Shown: positions 27,552 to 38,198, counted from the first letter of the stretch. The stretch: DNA of 64,000 nucleotides from Microgenomates group bacterium Gr01-1014_16 (GCA_007376345.1 VMGA01000002.1:8309-72308), one strand, 5' to 3'. Notes: generated by a model not told the origin, from the letters alone. Numbers and translations: made by a program.

Positions 27552-29966
27552 ATGGCTTTTTCCATCACCCGTTCAACTTCATCCACGCCTCTTATTAAAA
27601 GTTATCCGGTCGTCGCCCTTAGAGAAGGCGTCGTCTTCCCCAATACCGAAGCCCATCTTACTTTCGGCCGCCCCCAAAGCACTACGGCTGTCGAAGCCGC
27701 TATTAAGGGCGACAAACAAGTGGTTTTTGTGGCCCAGAAAAACCCCGTCGCCAACCCCTCGATTGAGGACTTGTATCAGATCGGTACCCTTTGCGCGGTC
27801 GAGCAAATCGTTCCTTACGGCAATGAGTTTTGGGCTGTAGTTAAAGGTATAAAAAGAGTCACCATTGGTCCATACTTGTCCGTCAATCCTTATTTTTCCG
27901 CTTCTATTTCGCCGCTGTCTGACCACTTCACCCCCAGTGACCAGCTGGAAGCCCTGGCCCGCCAGGTAGTTTCCGAGTTCAAAGTCGCTTTCAATCTGGG
28001 CAAATCAGTCGAGTTTCCTGTTTTTATGCGTCTCATGTCCGGCGTGTCCTTGCCGGAGCTGGCCGACCAGATAGCCAACTGCCTGGATATTAATACTGCC
28101 GAAAAACAAGGCATCTTAGAAATGATCGATATAAACCAGAAATTAGAAAGGATCCTTTCCCATCTCGTTCACGAAATCAAGATCTTGGAGCTGGAACGTT
28201 CTATTTCCAATAAAACCCACGCCAAATTTGAGCGCAACATGAAAGAGCAGGTCTTGCGTGAACGCAAAAAAACCATTACCGAAGAGTTAAAGAAATTGGG
28301 GGCCGACTCGGAAGACGGTGAAGAAGACGCCAGTGGCCTAAGCGATCTCAAAAAACAACTCAAAGCCTCAAGCATGCCGGTTTCCGTCAAAGAAAAAGCG
28401 GACAAGGAACTCAAGCGCTTGTCTCAAATGAGCCCTTACAATCCCGAAAGCAGCTACCTGCGTTCATACCTGGACTGGCTGGCCAGCATGCCCTGGACCA
28501 AGTCCACTTCCACCCGAGTTTCATTAGACCGGGCCCAAAAAATCCTAGACCAGGATCATTTTGGGTTAAAAAAAGCCAAGGAGCGTATTATCGAACACTT
28601 GGCCGTCATGAAGCTCAAAGGCGGCGAAACCTCACCCACCATCCTATGTTTCGTCGGCCCTCCCGGCGTGGGCAAGACTTCCATCGGCAAATCCATTGCC
28701 AAGGCCCTGGGCCGCAAATTCGTCCGGGTTTCTCTGGGGGGCATTCGTGACGAGGCAGAAATCCGGGGTCACCGCCGGACTTACGTCGGTGCCCTTCCCG
28801 GCCGTATCATCCAGGGCATCAAAAATGCCGGCTCCAAAAACCCTATCTTTATGTTGGACGAAATTGACAAAATCGGCTCCGACTTTAGGGGTGATCCCAG
28901 TTCGGCTCTTTTAGAAGCCCTCGATCCCGAGCAAAACAAAGAGTTCTCTGATCATTATTTAGAAGTCCCCTTCGATTTGTCCCAGGTCATGTTTATTATG
29001 ACCGCCAATCTTATGGATCCCATCCCTCCGGCTCTGCGCGACCGCATGGAAGTCATCGAGTTCCCCGGCTATACCTTGGAAGAAAAAACCCACATCGCCC
29101 AGGGTTTTCTCTGGCCAAAGCAGCTTTCCACCACCGGCTTGCCGGGGGGCATCAAGCTGGAGGCTCCCGCTCTCAAAGAGATCATCCACCGTTACACGCG
29201 TGAGGCCGGCGTTCGTGATTTGGAGCGTAATTTAGCCAAAATTTGCCGCAAACTGGCCAAAAACATTGCCGAGAAAAAACCAAATGGCCACTCCGTTTCT
29301 CTGGTTAATATCCACAAGTTTTTAGGCCCCCAGCGTTTCCCTGAAACTCTGGCCGAGAAAAAAGATGAGGTTGGTATGTCAACCGGCCTGGCCTGGACCG
29401 AAGCAGGCGGCGACGTTTTATTTATCGAGGTGGCCCTTATGCCCGGAAAGGGTGAGCTTAAATTAACCGGCAGATTAGGAGACGTTATGAAAGAATCCGC
29501 CCAAGCCGCCCATTCTTATGTCCGCACCCGCTGGCAAAAACTGGGTCTCAAAGAAGATTTTTACAAAAAGATTGATATCCACATCCACGTTCCCGAAGGC
29601 GGAGTTCCCAAAGACGGCCCTTCTGCCGGGATTGCCATGGCCACCGCCCTGGTTTCCGCTCTCACCGGCATTCCCGTCCGCCGGGACACGGCCATGACCG
29701 GGGAAATTACTCTGCGCGGCCGGGCTCTGGAAATTGGCGGGGTCAAAGAAAAAGTCATCGCCGCCCACCAGGCCGGTATCAAACAGGTGATTTTGCCCAA
29801 GGACAACAAAAAAGATTTAGTTGAAGACGTTCCCGCTTCCGTCCGCCGCGACATGAAATTCCAATTTGTTTCCCACCTCGACGACGTCTTAAAATACGCC
29901 CTCCGCGATCCCGCCCCATCTCCCAAACCCTTCCCCGCTCCCCGCTTCCTCACCGCAACTGCCTAA
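27552..29966 (+). CDS. lon: ATP-dependent Lon protease
   Basis: A LON N-terminal domain, AAA+ Walker [10 protein letters not shown], Walker B MLDEIDK, and a protease domain with [13 protein letters not shown] (catalytic Ser) and the K dyad. Confidence 0.95.
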   Translation: MAFSITRSTSSTPLIKSYPVVALREGVVFPNTEAHLTFGRPQSTTAVEAAIKGDKQVVFVAQKNPVANPSIEDLYQIGTLCAVEQIVPYGNEFWAVVKGIKRVTIGPYLSVNPYFSASISPLSDHFTPSDQLEALARQVVSEFKVAFNLGKSVEFPVFMRLMSGVSLPELADQIANCLDINTAEKQGILEMIDINQKLERILSHLVHEIKILELERSISNKTHAKFERNMKEQVLRERKKTITEELKKLGADSEDGEEDASGLSDLKKQLKASSMPVSVKEKADKELKRLSQMSPYNPESSYLRSYLDWLASMPWTKSTSTRVSLDRAQKILDQDHFGLKKAKERIIEHLAVMKLKGGETSPTILCFVGPPGVGKTSIGKSIAKALGRKFVRVSLGGIRDEAEIRGHRRTYVGALPGRIIQGIKNAGSKNPIFMLDEIDKIGSDFRGDPSSALLEALDPEQNKEFSDHYLEVPFDLSQVMFIMTANLMDPIPPALRDRMEVIEFPGYTLEEKTHIAQGFLWPKQLSTTGLPGGIKLEAPALKEIIHRYTREAGVRDLERNLAKICRKLAKNIAEKKPNGHSVSLVNIHKFLGPQRFPETLAEKKDEVGMSTGLAWTEAGGDVLFIEVALMPGKGELKLTGRLGDVMKESAQAAHSYVRTRWQKLGLKEDFYKKIDIHIHVPEGGVPKDGPSAGIAMATALVSALTGIPVRRDTAMTGEITLRGRALEIGGVKEKVIAAHQAGIKQVILPKDNKKDLVEDVPASVRRDMKFQFVSHLDDVLKYALRDPAPSPKPFPAPRFLTATA

Positions 29967-30372
29967 GGGTCATTAGATATTGTCCCGGGGAAAAAATTTG
30001 GATATCTTTCATCTTTCTGGCCAACACCAACAGATGCTTTTTGTCCAGGGTTACTAATATCTGACACTTTTCTCTCATAGCGCTGGCCAATACATGCGAG
30101 TCGTCGGGATCTAATACTTTACTCTGGTATTTCTTAACCGCTTCTGCCTCCGGTGCCTCTGAAATCAAAATAAATATTTCTTCTATCTTTCTTTCCATTT
30201 CGGATCTACCGAATCCCGCTTTATCCGCATGTCTAGCCACTTCGTTAACGATTAGCTCCGATATCACGCCTTTTATTTCTCCGGCCTTCACCCTTTTTAG
30301 CAACTCTCCCGAAGCCCCACTTGGAGATCTCACTCCGGCCAATATTACCGAGGCGTTGAAAAATACTTTCAT
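29950..30372 (-). CDS. vapC: PIN domain protein (VapC-like toxin)
   Basis: [13 protein letters not shown]...[12 protein letters not shown]...[10 protein letters not shown] contains the conserved acidic PIN residues. It has an ATGA overlap with the upstream antitoxin-like gene and a convergent 17-nt overlap with the lon 3' end. Confidence 0.6.
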   Translation of the reverse strand: MKVFFNASVILAGVRSPSGASGELLKRVKAGEIKGVISELIVNEVARHADKAGFGRSEMERKIEEIFILISEAPEAEAVKKYQSKVLDPDDSHVLASAMREKCQILVTLDKKHLLVLARKMKDIQIFSPGQYLMTLRQLR

Positions 30373-30629
30373 TTCAGCAATCCTCTTTTTTTCAGCATGT
30401 TACTTTCCTTCTTATCCAGTTCAAAAAATTCCCCCACCTCGGCATCTGTATATCTACGAACCGAATAACCCAAAACAGTTACCGGTTCCAACATCAACCC
30501 TCTTCCCACCCTCTTCACTTTTACAAAACTGTTTGCCCCGAATTTTTCATCCCTTAACCGCCTGGGAATAGTCAACAATCCTCGTGGCTGCATCTTAACG
30601 ATCTCTTCCCAGTCCTGTATTTGTTGCAT
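30369..30629 (-). CDS. AbrB/MazE/SpoVT-type antitoxin (VapB-like)
   Basis: GLLTIPRRLRDEKFGANSFVKVKRVGRGLMLEP is a SpoVT/AbrB swapped-hairpin motif. The start is placed at the ATG 30629; the track TTG start is at 30665. Confidence 0.5.
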   Translation of the reverse strand: MQQIQDWEEIVKMQPRGLLTIPRRLRDEKFGANSFVKVKRVGRGLMLEPVTVLGYSVRRYTDAEVGEFFELDKKESNMLKKRGLLK

Positions 30630-30665
30630 ACATTCGATAATACAGTATTCCCGTATTTCCGTCAA

Positions 30666-32456
30666 TTAGTTCGACACCTTCCGGTTTTGGCGGATGCGGT
30701 CCAGTTTTGTCAAAAACTTTTTTCGAAACCTCAAGTTCTTTGGCGTAATTTCCAGCAGCTCGTCATCGTTGATAAATTCCAGCGCTTGTTCCAGAGACAT
30801 TTTGACAGCCGGTGTTAGGACAGTTTTAATGTCCGCCGAAGCCGCCCGGGTATTGGTCAAGTGTTTCCCCTTGCACACATTCAGCTCCACATCATTTTCT
30901 CGGGTTCCCATGCCCACAATCATCCCCTCATATACTTCCTCTCCAGGTTCGATAAAAGTTATTCCTCTCAGCTGGGCGTTCTCCAGCGAATAGGCCAGGG
31001 CTTTCCCCCGATCCAGTGCCACCAACGCTCCGGGCCGGATATCTTCTCCCGCCGGCTCGGTTTCTTTGTATTGGGAAAACTGCCTGTTAATCACACTGGT
31101 TCCTTTCGTCGCCGTCAGTAAAATATTTCTTACCCCGATCATATTCCGCTGTGAAATCTCATAAACAATTCTGGTGTTACCTTTGCCGTCAGCTGCCATA
31201 TCCGACATTTTCCCTCGCCTTTTTCCCATTTCCACCGTCGCCACCCCCACGTATTCGTCCGGAATATCAATTATAACTTCTTCAAAAGGCTCGGTGTTGC
31301 CTTTAAAAATTACTTGCGGCCGGGATACCTGCGTCTCAAATCCTTCCCGGCGCAATGTTTCCAAAAGTATTGCCAAATGCAGCTCTCCCCTCCCGGCCAC
31401 TTCAAATTCACCGCCCCCCAAATCATTAAACTTCATTCCCAAATTAGTCGCTATTTCTTTCTCCAACCTCTCGCCAATTTGTCTGCTGGTTACGTACTTG
31501 CCATCCCGTCCGGCAAACGGCGAAGTATTCGCCCCTATTGTCATCTTCAGGGTTGGGTCGGTTACCGTAATCGTCGGCAGCGCCGAGGGCTCTGCCGGGT
31601 CGGCAATCGTCATCCCTATTTCCAGATCCTCAATTCCGGCCACCGCCACAATATCCCCCGCTACAGCTTCTTGTACCTCAATTCTTTGTATTCCCTGGCT
31701 GGTATACAACCTTTCAATATTAAACGACCCGTGGCCTACTAAAGTTACTCTTTGCCCCACTTTCAGCGTGCCTTGACTGATCCTACCTATTCCCATCTTG
31801 CCCAGGTGACTGTCAAAGTCCAGCGTCGATACCAGCATTTTCACTGGTTTATCCAAATCTTTCACGGCATTGGGCACTTCTTTCAAAATTATTTCAAATA
31901 ATGGTTCCAGGTTACCTGCCAGTTTATCCGGGGCCATCCCCGCCCGACCATCTCTTCCGACTGCGTAAACTATCGGAAAATCCAAATGTCCGGAATGCGT
32001 CGCCAGCTTCAAAAACAGCTCCTCGGTATCTTGCAATACTTTGGCCGTATTCGCATCTTTGCGGTCAATTTTATTAATCACAAGGATTATTTTTAGTCCG
32101 GTCACCAGAGCCTTTTCCAATACAAATTTCGTTTGGGGCAGGGGACCCTCCGCCGCGTCAACTACTAAAAGGGCCGCATCCGCCATATTCAATACCCGTT
32201 CTACTTCACCACCAAAATCAGCGTGCCCCGGCGTGTCAATAATGTTAATTTTTACCCCGTGATAATTAACAGCCGTGTTTTTAGACAATATAGTTATCCC
32301 TTTCTCTCTCTCCAAATCGTTGTTATCCAAAATAGTCGTCTGACTCATCTCCGCCTGGTTATCCCGAAATGAGTGAGTCTGTTTCAACATCCCATCCACC
32401 AGGGTTGTCTTTCCATGGTCAACGTGTGCGATAATAGCAATATTGCGTATGTCCAT
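30666..32456 (-). CDS. typA: Translational GTPase TypA/BipA
   Basis: NIAIIAHVDHGKTTLVD (G1), DTPGHADF (G3) and NKID (G4), with BipA-specific C-terminal domains. The start is at MDIRNIAII (32456). Confidence 0.9.
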   Translation of the reverse strand: MDIRNIAIIAHVDHGKTTLVDGMLKQTHSFRDNQAEMSQTTILDNNDLEREKGITILSKNTAVNYHGVKINIIDTPGHADFGGEVERVLNMADAALLVVDAAEGPLPQTKFVLEKALVTGLKIILVINKIDRKDANTAKVLQDTEELFLKLATHSGHLDFPIVYAVGRDGRAGMAPDKLAGNLEPLFEIILKEVPNAVKDLDKPVKMLVSTLDFDSHLGKMGIGRISQGTLKVGQRVTLVGHGSFNIERLYTSQGIQRIEVQEAVAGDIVAVAGIEDLEIGMTIADPAEPSALPTITVTDPTLKMTIGANTSPFAGRDGKYVTSRQIGERLEKEIATNLGMKFNDLGGGEFEVAGRGELHLAILLETLRREGFETQVSRPQVIFKGNTEPFEEVIIDIPDEYVGVATVEMGKRRGKMSDMAADGKGNTRIVYEISQRNMIGVRNILLTATKGTSVINRQFSQYKETEPAGEDIRPGALVALDRGKALAYSLENAQLRGITFIEPGEEVYEGMIVGMGTRENDVELNVCKGKHLTNTRAASADIKTVLTPAVKMSLEQALEFINDDELLEITPKNLRFRKKFLTKLDRIRQNRKVSN

Positions 32457-32925
32457 AAGCAAGCAATTATACAGCAAATTACTGCTTTTTCTTCTCAAAC
32501 GCACCGGAGGTAACTTTGAAGTCGCCCAAGAAGTAGTCCAAAACACATTCTTAGCCGCTATTAAATCTTTTCATACTTTTCACAGCAAGAGTACATTTTT
32601 TACCTGGATATGTAAAATTTCCCTGAATAAGCTTGCGGATTACTATCGGGGACAGGTTAACCCCAAATTTCAACTGCCTTTGGATCTACCCGCGCCCGGC
32701 CTCACTCCCGAAGAGCAAACTTCGCTCAATGATCTGCGCACCCAGGTCAACCGCTGTTTAAACTTACTCCCCCCCCGTTATCGCCAATTACTTCATCTCA
32801 AATACTACCAGGAGCTATCAACCAAAGAAATTTGTCTCAAACTGGATCTCTCGCCCCGCTCATTGGAAGGCAAACTCTACCGGGCCAAAAAACTTCTCGC
32901 CTCCGTGTATGAAAAATCTACGTAA
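32443..32925 (+). CDS. RNA polymerase sigma factor, ECF-like minimal sigma70 with regions 2 and 4
   Basis: Region 2 is VAQEVVQNTFLAAIKSFHTFHSKSTFFTWICKISLNKLADYYR. Region 4 is LPPRYRQLLHLKYYQELSTKEICLKLDLSPRSLEGKLYRAKKLL. The apparent start is TTG; it is divergent from typA. Confidence 0.6.
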   Translation: MRMSISKQLYSKLLLFLLKRTGGNFEVAQEVVQNTFLAAIKSFHTFHSKSTFFTWICKISLNKLADYYRGQVNPKFQLPLDLPAPGLTPEEQTSLNDLRTQVNRCLNLLPPRYRQLLHLKYYQELSTKEICLKLDLSPRSLEGKLYRAKKLLASVYEKST

Positions 32926-33514
32926 AGGCCTCGTTCACCTCCGCCGCGATCCAATTTTAGCTGTCCAAATCGCCAAATTCGGGGTAATTAATTACCAGCA
33001 GCCCAAAGACAGGTTCGAAAACCTGGTCTCGACTATCATCGGCCAGCAGCTCTCCAACAAAGCCGCGGACACGATTTACGAACGGGTTCTTAGTCTTTTC
33101 CCAAATCGAAAAATTGATCCCGATTGGATCTTGAATCTTGAATCTTCAAAATTCCGCGCAGCGGGTACGTCCTGGGCCAAAATCAGATCCCTAAAAGATC
33201 TTTCCCAGAAAATATTAGACAAATCTGTCTTATTAGACCAATTAGACCTAATGACCGATGATCAAGTTATCTCACATCTTACCCAGGTCAAAGGCATCGG
33301 ACCCTGGACTGCCCAGATGAAGCTCATGTTCACTCTCCACCGCCCGGACGTCATGCCCGTAGACGACCGCGGCATCCAAAACGCCATGATAAAACTTTAC
33401 GGTCTCAAAGATGGCAAAAAGCTAACGACTAATATGCTAAAGACTAGTAACTCTTGGCGTCCTTACAGAACGCTGGCCTGCTGGTACTTGTGGAAAAGCC
33501 TGGATAATAAGTAA
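32909..33514 (+). CDS. DNA glycosylase of the HhH-GPD superfamily (AlkA/3-methyladenine glycosylase II-like)
   Basis: LVSTIIGQQLSNKAADTIYERV...LTQVKGIGPWTAQMKLMFTLHRPDVMPVDDRGIQNAM carries the HhH-GPD hallmark with the catalytic Asp. Confidence 0.65.
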   Translation: MKNLRKGLVHLRRDPILAVQIAKFGVINYQQPKDRFENLVSTIIGQQLSNKAADTIYERVLSLFPNRKIDPDWILNLESSKFRAAGTSWAKIRSLKDLSQKILDKSVLLDQLDLMTDDQVISHLTQVKGIGPWTAQMKLMFTLHRPDVMPVDDRGIQNAMIKLYGLKDGKKLTTNMLKTSNSWRPYRTLACWYLWKSLDNK

Positions 33515-33523
33515 AATGCAGTC

Positions 33524-34540
33524 ATGTCCGACCAAATTAAAAAACTCGCCCCCCTCATATGGTCAGAAATCCAAAAAGCCAGCAAAATTCTCATGCATTG
33601 CCACCGAAATCCTGATGGAGATTCAGTGGGGGGGGTCTTAGCCAGTAAATTTGCTCTGGAAAGTTTAGGAAAATCAGTCACGGTCATTTGGGGTGACTCG
33701 CCACCCCCAACCACGTTATCTTCTGTTCCAGGCTACGCTTCGATTCTTCGAAAAAATTGGTTCGAAATAAATCCTACGGATTTCGATTTATTTTTGGCCC
33801 AAGATTCTTCCTCACTAGGCCAAATTTCAAATCTTGGAGAAGTTAAATTTCCCGAAAATCTTACAGTTATAGTTATTGACCATCATGTCACCAATGATAA
33901 TTACGGAAAAATAAACTTAGTCGGGCCTTCCTATCCAGCTGTATGCCAAATACTCTACGATCTATTTAGTCTCTGGGATATCAAACTAACCCCAGATATA
34001 GCTCTTTGTTTATTTACTGGAATATACACAGACACAGGAGGATTTAAATATCCTCTCGTTACCAAAGAAACGTTTCAAATTGCCGCCAAACTGGCAGAAA
34101 CCGGTGCCGATTTCCCAAAATTAATTTTTGAAATGGAAAATAGCCAAGATCCCAAATCAATTGAATATATGGGAATGTTTTTTTCCAGCGTTGAACACTA
34201 CTTCGGAGGAAACGTGGCCGTTTGTTCAATTACCCGTCAACAATTATTAGAAAAACAAATAGACTTGGACATTGATGTTCCCGAATTAGCAAATGCTATC
34301 AAGTCGGCCGTTGGCAATGAGATCGGGATATCTTTAACCGAAAAAGATCAGGATGTGATTCGGGTTAGCATGCGGACCCGAGGAAACAAATATGACTTGT
34401 CGAAAATAGCTGTAGCTACTGGAGCGGGCGGAGGACATCCGGTAGCCGCCGGAGCAACAATAAAAAAACCAATGGCAGAAGCCAAAAAATTTCTTTTGGA
34501 AACTATCCAAAAAGTCTATCCCGACCTCGGCCGGCCGTGA
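33524..34540 (+). CDS. nrnA: DHH/DHHA1 phosphoesterase (NrnA-like oligoribonuclease / pAp phosphatase)
   Basis: HCHRNPDGDSVGG (motif I), VIDHH (motif III) and DHHA1 GGGH. Confidence 0.75.
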   Translation: MSDQIKKLAPLIWSEIQKASKILMHCHRNPDGDSVGGVLASKFALESLGKSVTVIWGDSPPPTTLSSVPGYASILRKNWFEINPTDFDLFLAQDSSSLGQISNLGEVKFPENLTVIVIDHHVTNDNYGKINLVGPSYPAVCQILYDLFSLWDIKLTPDIALCLFTGIYTDTGGFKYPLVTKETFQIAAKLAETGADFPKLIFEMENSQDPKSIEYMGMFFSSVEHYFGGNVAVCSITRQQLLEKQIDLDIDVPELANAIKSAVGNEIGISLTEKDQDVIRVSMRTRGNKYDLSKIAVATGAGGGHPVAAGATIKKPMAEAKKFLLETIQKVYPDLGRP

Positions 34541-34543
34541 TAG

Positions 34544-34572
34544 TTGACAACCGTTTTTTCTGATGTTATGGT
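34544..34572 (+). promoter_or_regulatory. Sigma70-like promoter of the RHH-PIN pair; -10 box 9 nt before the ATG
   Basis: TTGACA (34544-34549), a 17-nt spacer, TATGGT (34567-34572), then 9 nt to ATG 34582. Confidence 0.5.
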
Positions 34573-34581
34573 GTATACACC

Positions 34582-34854
34582 ATGAACGGACAAACGAACC
34601 TCTCCCGCGTCCAAATTTATATGGAACCAGATCGGTTGATGATGCTGGATCTCATTTCAAATCGAATCAAAATCAACCGTTCCCAAATTATTCGTGACTT
34701 GACCAAACCCATAGCCTTGGCATACGGAAAAGTAGTCGATTTTATGACTTCAACTCCAAAAGGGAAAAATCCTCTCTTAAAGCTATCTGGGATAGAAAAA
34801 AGCAAAACCGGTCACATCAGCGAAAACGTGGACGAAATATATCTCCATGACTAA
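34582..34854 (+). CDS. Ribbon-helix-helix (CopG-like) antitoxin candidate
   Basis: RVQIYMEPDRLMMLDLISNRIKINRSQIIRD is an RHH-like N-terminus. It overlaps the downstream PIN gene by 8 nt. Confidence 0.4.
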   Translation: MNGQTNLSRVQIYMEPDRLMMLDLISNRIKINRSQIIRDLTKPIALAYGKVVDFMTSTPKGKNPLLKLSGIEKSKTGHISENVDEIYLHD

Positions 34855-35269
34855 GACAGTTTTTATAGACACCAGCGCTTGGTTGGCTTTTCTGCTCAGC
34901 GGGGAAAAACAGCATCAAGTCATCGACAAGTACGTCAAGCGTCTTATTTCCCAAAAAGCCAGACTGTTCACCTCGGATTATATCTTGGACGAGACCTGGA
35001 CAAGGTTAGTTACTAATCAGAATTTTTCTTCAGCCAGCTCCTTGCGCCAGATTGTCAAAGAGGCTCATAAAAAAGGACATCTGTCGGTTTTCTTTACTCT
35101 GGAAACATTTTTTGAAGAAACATGGCAAATATTCGAGAAATTCTCCAACCTGAAGTTGTCCTTCACTGACGCTACAATAATTTTCTACTCGCGTAAGTTT
35201 AAGATTGACGAAGTTGTCACTTTGGACGAGGGAATAAAAAAAGCCGGACTCAAGGTCTTTCCCAACTAA
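34847..35269 (+). CDS. vapC: PIN domain protein (VapC-like toxin)
   Basis: VFIDTSAWLAFL...FTSDYILDETWTRL...SFTDATIIFYSRKFKIDEVVTLDEG has the conserved D/E/D/D positions. Confidence 0.6.
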   Translation: MTKTVFIDTSAWLAFLLSGEKQHQVIDKYVKRLISQKARLFTSDYILDETWTRLVTNQNFSSASSLRQIVKEAHKKGHLSVFFTLETFFEETWQIFEKFSNLKLSFTDATIIFYSRKFKIDEVVTLDEGIKKAGLKVFPN

Positions 35270-35284
35270 GGTATACTTATATCA

Positions 35285-35629
35285 ATGTTCGGGTTTTTGT
35301 TTAAGGTAATTATCATGGCCGCGATGTTTGCTGGTGGGGGCTACGCTTATATTAACCGGGACAAATTACCCCAACTCTCCCAATTACCCCAATTAGCCCA
35401 ATTTGCCAAATTACCTAATATAGAAATCAACGCCTCCGAAGCCGGCTCGCGCATCAGCGCCGCCCTGGATTCGATAGTTACCCACCCGGACAAAAACTCG
35501 CCCGTAGTTCTGGGCGTCAAAATCACCAACGAAAGCATCGGCAAACTGGTCGACGTCATCCAGGGTCTCCCTCCCGAACAAGTCAAGCAAATCCAGCAAG
35601 TCATTTGTGCGACACCGTCGGCCCGGTAA
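35285..35629 (+). CDS. Hypothetical membrane-anchored protein
   Basis: A 114-aa ORF with an N-terminal TM segment and the low-complexity [17 protein letters not shown]. Confidence 0.35.
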   Translation: MFGFLFKVIIMAAMFAGGGYAYINRDKLPQLSQLPQLAQFAKLPNIEINASEAGSRISAALDSIVTHPDKNSPVVLGVKITNESIGKLVDVIQGLPPEQVKQIQQVICATPSAR

Positions 35630-35643
35630 CGTATAATCGCTTC

Positions 35644-36711
35644 ATGATCGACGTTAAAAAGCAATTAGACGAGTTGAAGGTTCGTTTGGACCAAATCAAA
35701 GTAAAACTAGACCCAGACCAGAAGACAAAGCAGATTCGCGAACTTGAAGCCAAATCCACTAATCCGAATTTCTGGTCGGATCCGCAATCCGCTCAGGCCG
35801 CCATGAAACTTATGGCTTCGCTCCAGTCCGAAGGCAAACAAATTTCTGATTTAGAAACAGAAATCACCGATGCTTTATCCGTCTTAGAAATTCTGGAAGA
35901 AAAAGATGTTGTCAAAATAGAAAAAAAGCTAGGTAAATTAGAAATCAAGACCTTCTTAAACGGTTCTTATGATCAAAGTAACGCGGTTATTTCTATTCAT
36001 GCCGGCCAGGGCGGAGTAGAAGCCATGGACTGGGTTTCCATGCTCCTGCGCATGTATCTCAAATATTGTGAGAACCGGGGTTGGCAAACGGAAATAATCG
36101 ATCAAATGCCCGGGGAAGAGGCCGGGCTCAAAACAGTTACATTTACAGTTACAGGTTCCTACGCGTACGGTTATTTAATAGGGGAGCGTGGCACCCATCG
36201 CCTGGTCCGCCAGTCGCCCTTCAATGCCGACGCCCTCCGCCAAACCTCGTTCGCCCTCGTCGAAGTTTTGCCGGAACTTCCCGAAACCGATAGCGAAATA
36301 ATTATCCCGGAGGACGACATTTTATTTGAAGCCTCGCATGCTTCCGGCCACGGTGGTCAAAATGTTAATAAAGTTTCCACGGCTGTGAAACTTACCCACA
36401 AACCCACAGGAATTTCTGTCCAATGCCAAACCCAAAGATATCAGGAACAAAACCGCAAAATTGCCCTAAATCTTCTCAAGGCCAAACTTTGGGCCAAAAA
36501 ACAAGCAGAACATGCTTCTTTGGAAAAGAATCTCAAAGGCAAACATGTCGCCGCGTCCTGGGGTACCCAGATCCGCTCCTATGTCCTTCATCCCTACAAA
36601 TTGGTCAAAGATTTAAGGACTGGCGTCGAAACTTCCCAAGCCGAGTCGGTTTTAGACGGCGATCTGGATATGTTCATCGACGCCGAACTCCGCCAACTCC
36701 CGGGTGTATAA
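35644..36711 (+). CDS. prfB: Peptide chain release factor 2, encoded without a programmed frameshift
   Basis: SPF (RQSPFN) and GGQ ([15 protein letters not shown]) are present and the reading frame is continuous from [17 protein letters not shown] at 35631-35636 lies 7 nt upstream of the ATG. Confidence 0.9.
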   Translation: MIDVKKQLDELKVRLDQIKVKLDPDQKTKQIRELEAKSTNPNFWSDPQSAQAAMKLMASLQSEGKQISDLETEITDALSVLEILEEKDVVKIEKKLGKLEIKTFLNGSYDQSNAVISIHAGQGGVEAMDWVSMLLRMYLKYCENRGWQTEIIDQMPGEEAGLKTVTFTVTGSYAYGYLIGERGTHRLVRQSPFNADALRQTSFALVEVLPELPETDSEIIIPEDDILFEASHASGHGGQNVNKVSTAVKLTHKPTGISVQCQTQRYQEQNRKIALNLLKAKLWAKKQAEHASLEKNLKGKHVAASWGTQIRSYVLHPYKLVKDLRTGVETSQAESVLDGDLDMFIDAELRQLPGV

Positions 36712-36718
36712 TCGAACT

Positions 36719-37063
36719 ATGACTAACCCCCTCTCCAAACAATTTAAATTCACCCAATTAGTTTACTTTGATGCCAGAGACAAAAAATTCACCGGGGTGT
36801 GTTTGGAACTGAATCTGGTAGTCGAGTCAGACTCTCTTGAATCTACCATCACTCTTCTTAACGACGCGACCGTCTCCCATCTTCTAGCCGCAGCCGAAGT
36901 CGGTTTTCCCTCGGAACTAGTCTTCCGACCAGCCCCTGCTCACTATTGGCAAATGGCCAAATCGGTTTCAGCCAAAGTCGGCCAAGACAGGACCCTTTCG
37001 GCAGAAGAATTCGCCCTTTTCACCCAGAATATAACTCTTCCCGAACTGCATCATGCCGCATAA
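36719..37063 (+). CDS. hicB: HicB-like antitoxin
   Basis: FTGVCLELNLVVESDSLESTITLLNDATVSHL resembles the HicB N-terminal RNase-H-like fold. It is immediately upstream of the HicA-like gene, with an 11-nt overlap. Confidence 0.45.
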   Translation: MTNPLSKQFKFTQLVYFDARDKKFTGVCLELNLVVESDSLESTITLLNDATVSHLLAAAEVGFPSELVFRPAPAHYWQMAKSVSAKVGQDRTLSAEEFALFTQNITLPELHHAA

Positions 37064-37310
37064 CCCGCCGCTTTCTTACCGGGACGTCATCAAAATTCTC
37101 AAAAATCTTGGCTTTACACCTGCTCGCCACGCCAGCGGCAGCCACGAAACTTGGAAACTTCTTCGTAGTAATCGCTGGTATTCCGTCACGGTTTACTTCC
37201 ACGGCGGCCAAAACTTTCAACTTCCACCCAAAACCCTCAAATCCATGATTGAACAATCCGGCTTTTCGCCGGAAGAATTTTATTCAGCCAAAAAGAAAAA
37301 ACTCAAATGA
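37053..37310 (+). CDS. hicA: HicA family toxin (YcfA-like mRNA interferase)
   Basis: YRDVIKILKNLGFTPARHASGSHETWKL...VTVYFHGGQNFQLPPKTLKSMIEQSG is the HicA pattern (GSH...H). Confidence 0.65.
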   Translation: MPHNPPLSYRDVIKILKNLGFTPARHASGSHETWKLLRSNRWYSVTVYFHGGQNFQLPPKTLKSMIEQSGFSPEEFYSAKKKKLK

Positions 37311-38149
37311 CTTGGTTAATTCTCGCCAGTACGGCAGCAGTGCTCTTTTCGCTAAATAGCCTTTTGGGGCGGGTTTTGGCAGTAAAAAGCCAAAATCCCC
37401 GAGCCTTTGCCTTTGTTTACAATTTATTTGGAGCTCTTTTTGCGCTCGGGCTTTGGTTCCTACATCCCCAGCCCATCTCTAACGTTCCGCCACTTGCCTG
37501 GCAGCTGCTTGTTTTGTCAATCATACTTTATGGGGTCTTCAACCGTTTTGAATTCTATGCCCGGAAGCACGTTGAGTCTTCCACCCTTTCTATACTGACC
37601 AAATTTATTCCAGTTATAACTTTTACTCTTTCTATCGTTATCTGGAAGGAAACCGTAACTCTAAATAAACTCCTCGCCGCAGCATTAATTATCGGGGGAA
37701 CTATGGCCGCGGTCTACAAAAAAGGTAGAATAGAGTTTAACCAAGGCCTAAAATACGCCGCAATAATAATCGTTTCTTTAGGCCTTGCCTGGACGGTAGA
37801 TAAAAAAGCCTCGTCATACTTTCCCTTGGCTCTATATGCATTCGCCACATATCTTCCCCCCAACATTTTTTTGTTGCCATTCCCATTTCTTAAGTGGTCG
37901 CAAATCGTCACCGAAATAAAATTGGCCAACTGGAAAATTGCCTTTCTAGCCTTCGTAAACATGACTGCTTACTATACTTTGATCTCCGCCTTCCAATACG
38001 GGGAGGCCTCCAAAGTAGTCTTAATTACCTCAACTTCGACTATTCTCACGGTCATTGCTGGGATAACCTTACTTAAAGAAAGAGAAAATATTTCGCGAAA
38101 AATCGTGGCTGCACTTATAGTTGTTATTGGAGCCCTACTTTTGAAGTAG
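37307..38149 (+). CDS. EamA/DMT family transporter
   Basis: A 280-aa ORF with about 10 predicted TM helices and two EamA-like halves. It has an ATGA overlap with the upstream gene. Confidence 0.65.
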   Translation: MTWLILASTAAVLFSLNSLLGRVLAVKSQNPRAFAFVYNLFGALFALGLWFLHPQPISNVPPLAWQLLVLSIILYGVFNRFEFYARKHVESSTLSILTKFIPVITFTLSIVIWKETVTLNKLLAAALIIGGTMAAVYKKGRIEFNQGLKYAAIIIVSLGLAWTVDKKASSYFPLALYAFATYLPPNIFLLPFPFLKWSQIVTEIKLANWKIAFLAFVNMTAYYTLISAFQYGEASKVVLITSTSTILTVIAGITLLKERENISRKIVAALIVVIGALLLK

Positions 38150-38161
38150 TTACTTTTACAC

Positions 38162-38189
38162 AACTCCCATACTACAGAGTATGGGAGTT
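38162..38189. repeat. 12-bp-stem hairpin aactcccatact-ACAG-agtatgggagtt. A covarying copy lies at 1399-1426
   Basis: A perfect inverted repeat with the same ACAG loop and CCATACT core as at 1399-1426. The two stem differences between the copies are compensatory. Confidence 0.7.
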
Positions 38190-38198
38190 ATTAATTAC

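Noticed and set aside
35605-35643. Possible prfB programmed frameshift upstream extension (track ORF starts at 35605)
   Set aside because: The RF2 N-terminus begins cleanly at [11 protein letters not shown] (35644) with a TATAAT 7 nt upstream. The 13 extra codons overlap the previous gene, and no CTTTGAC-type shift site is present.
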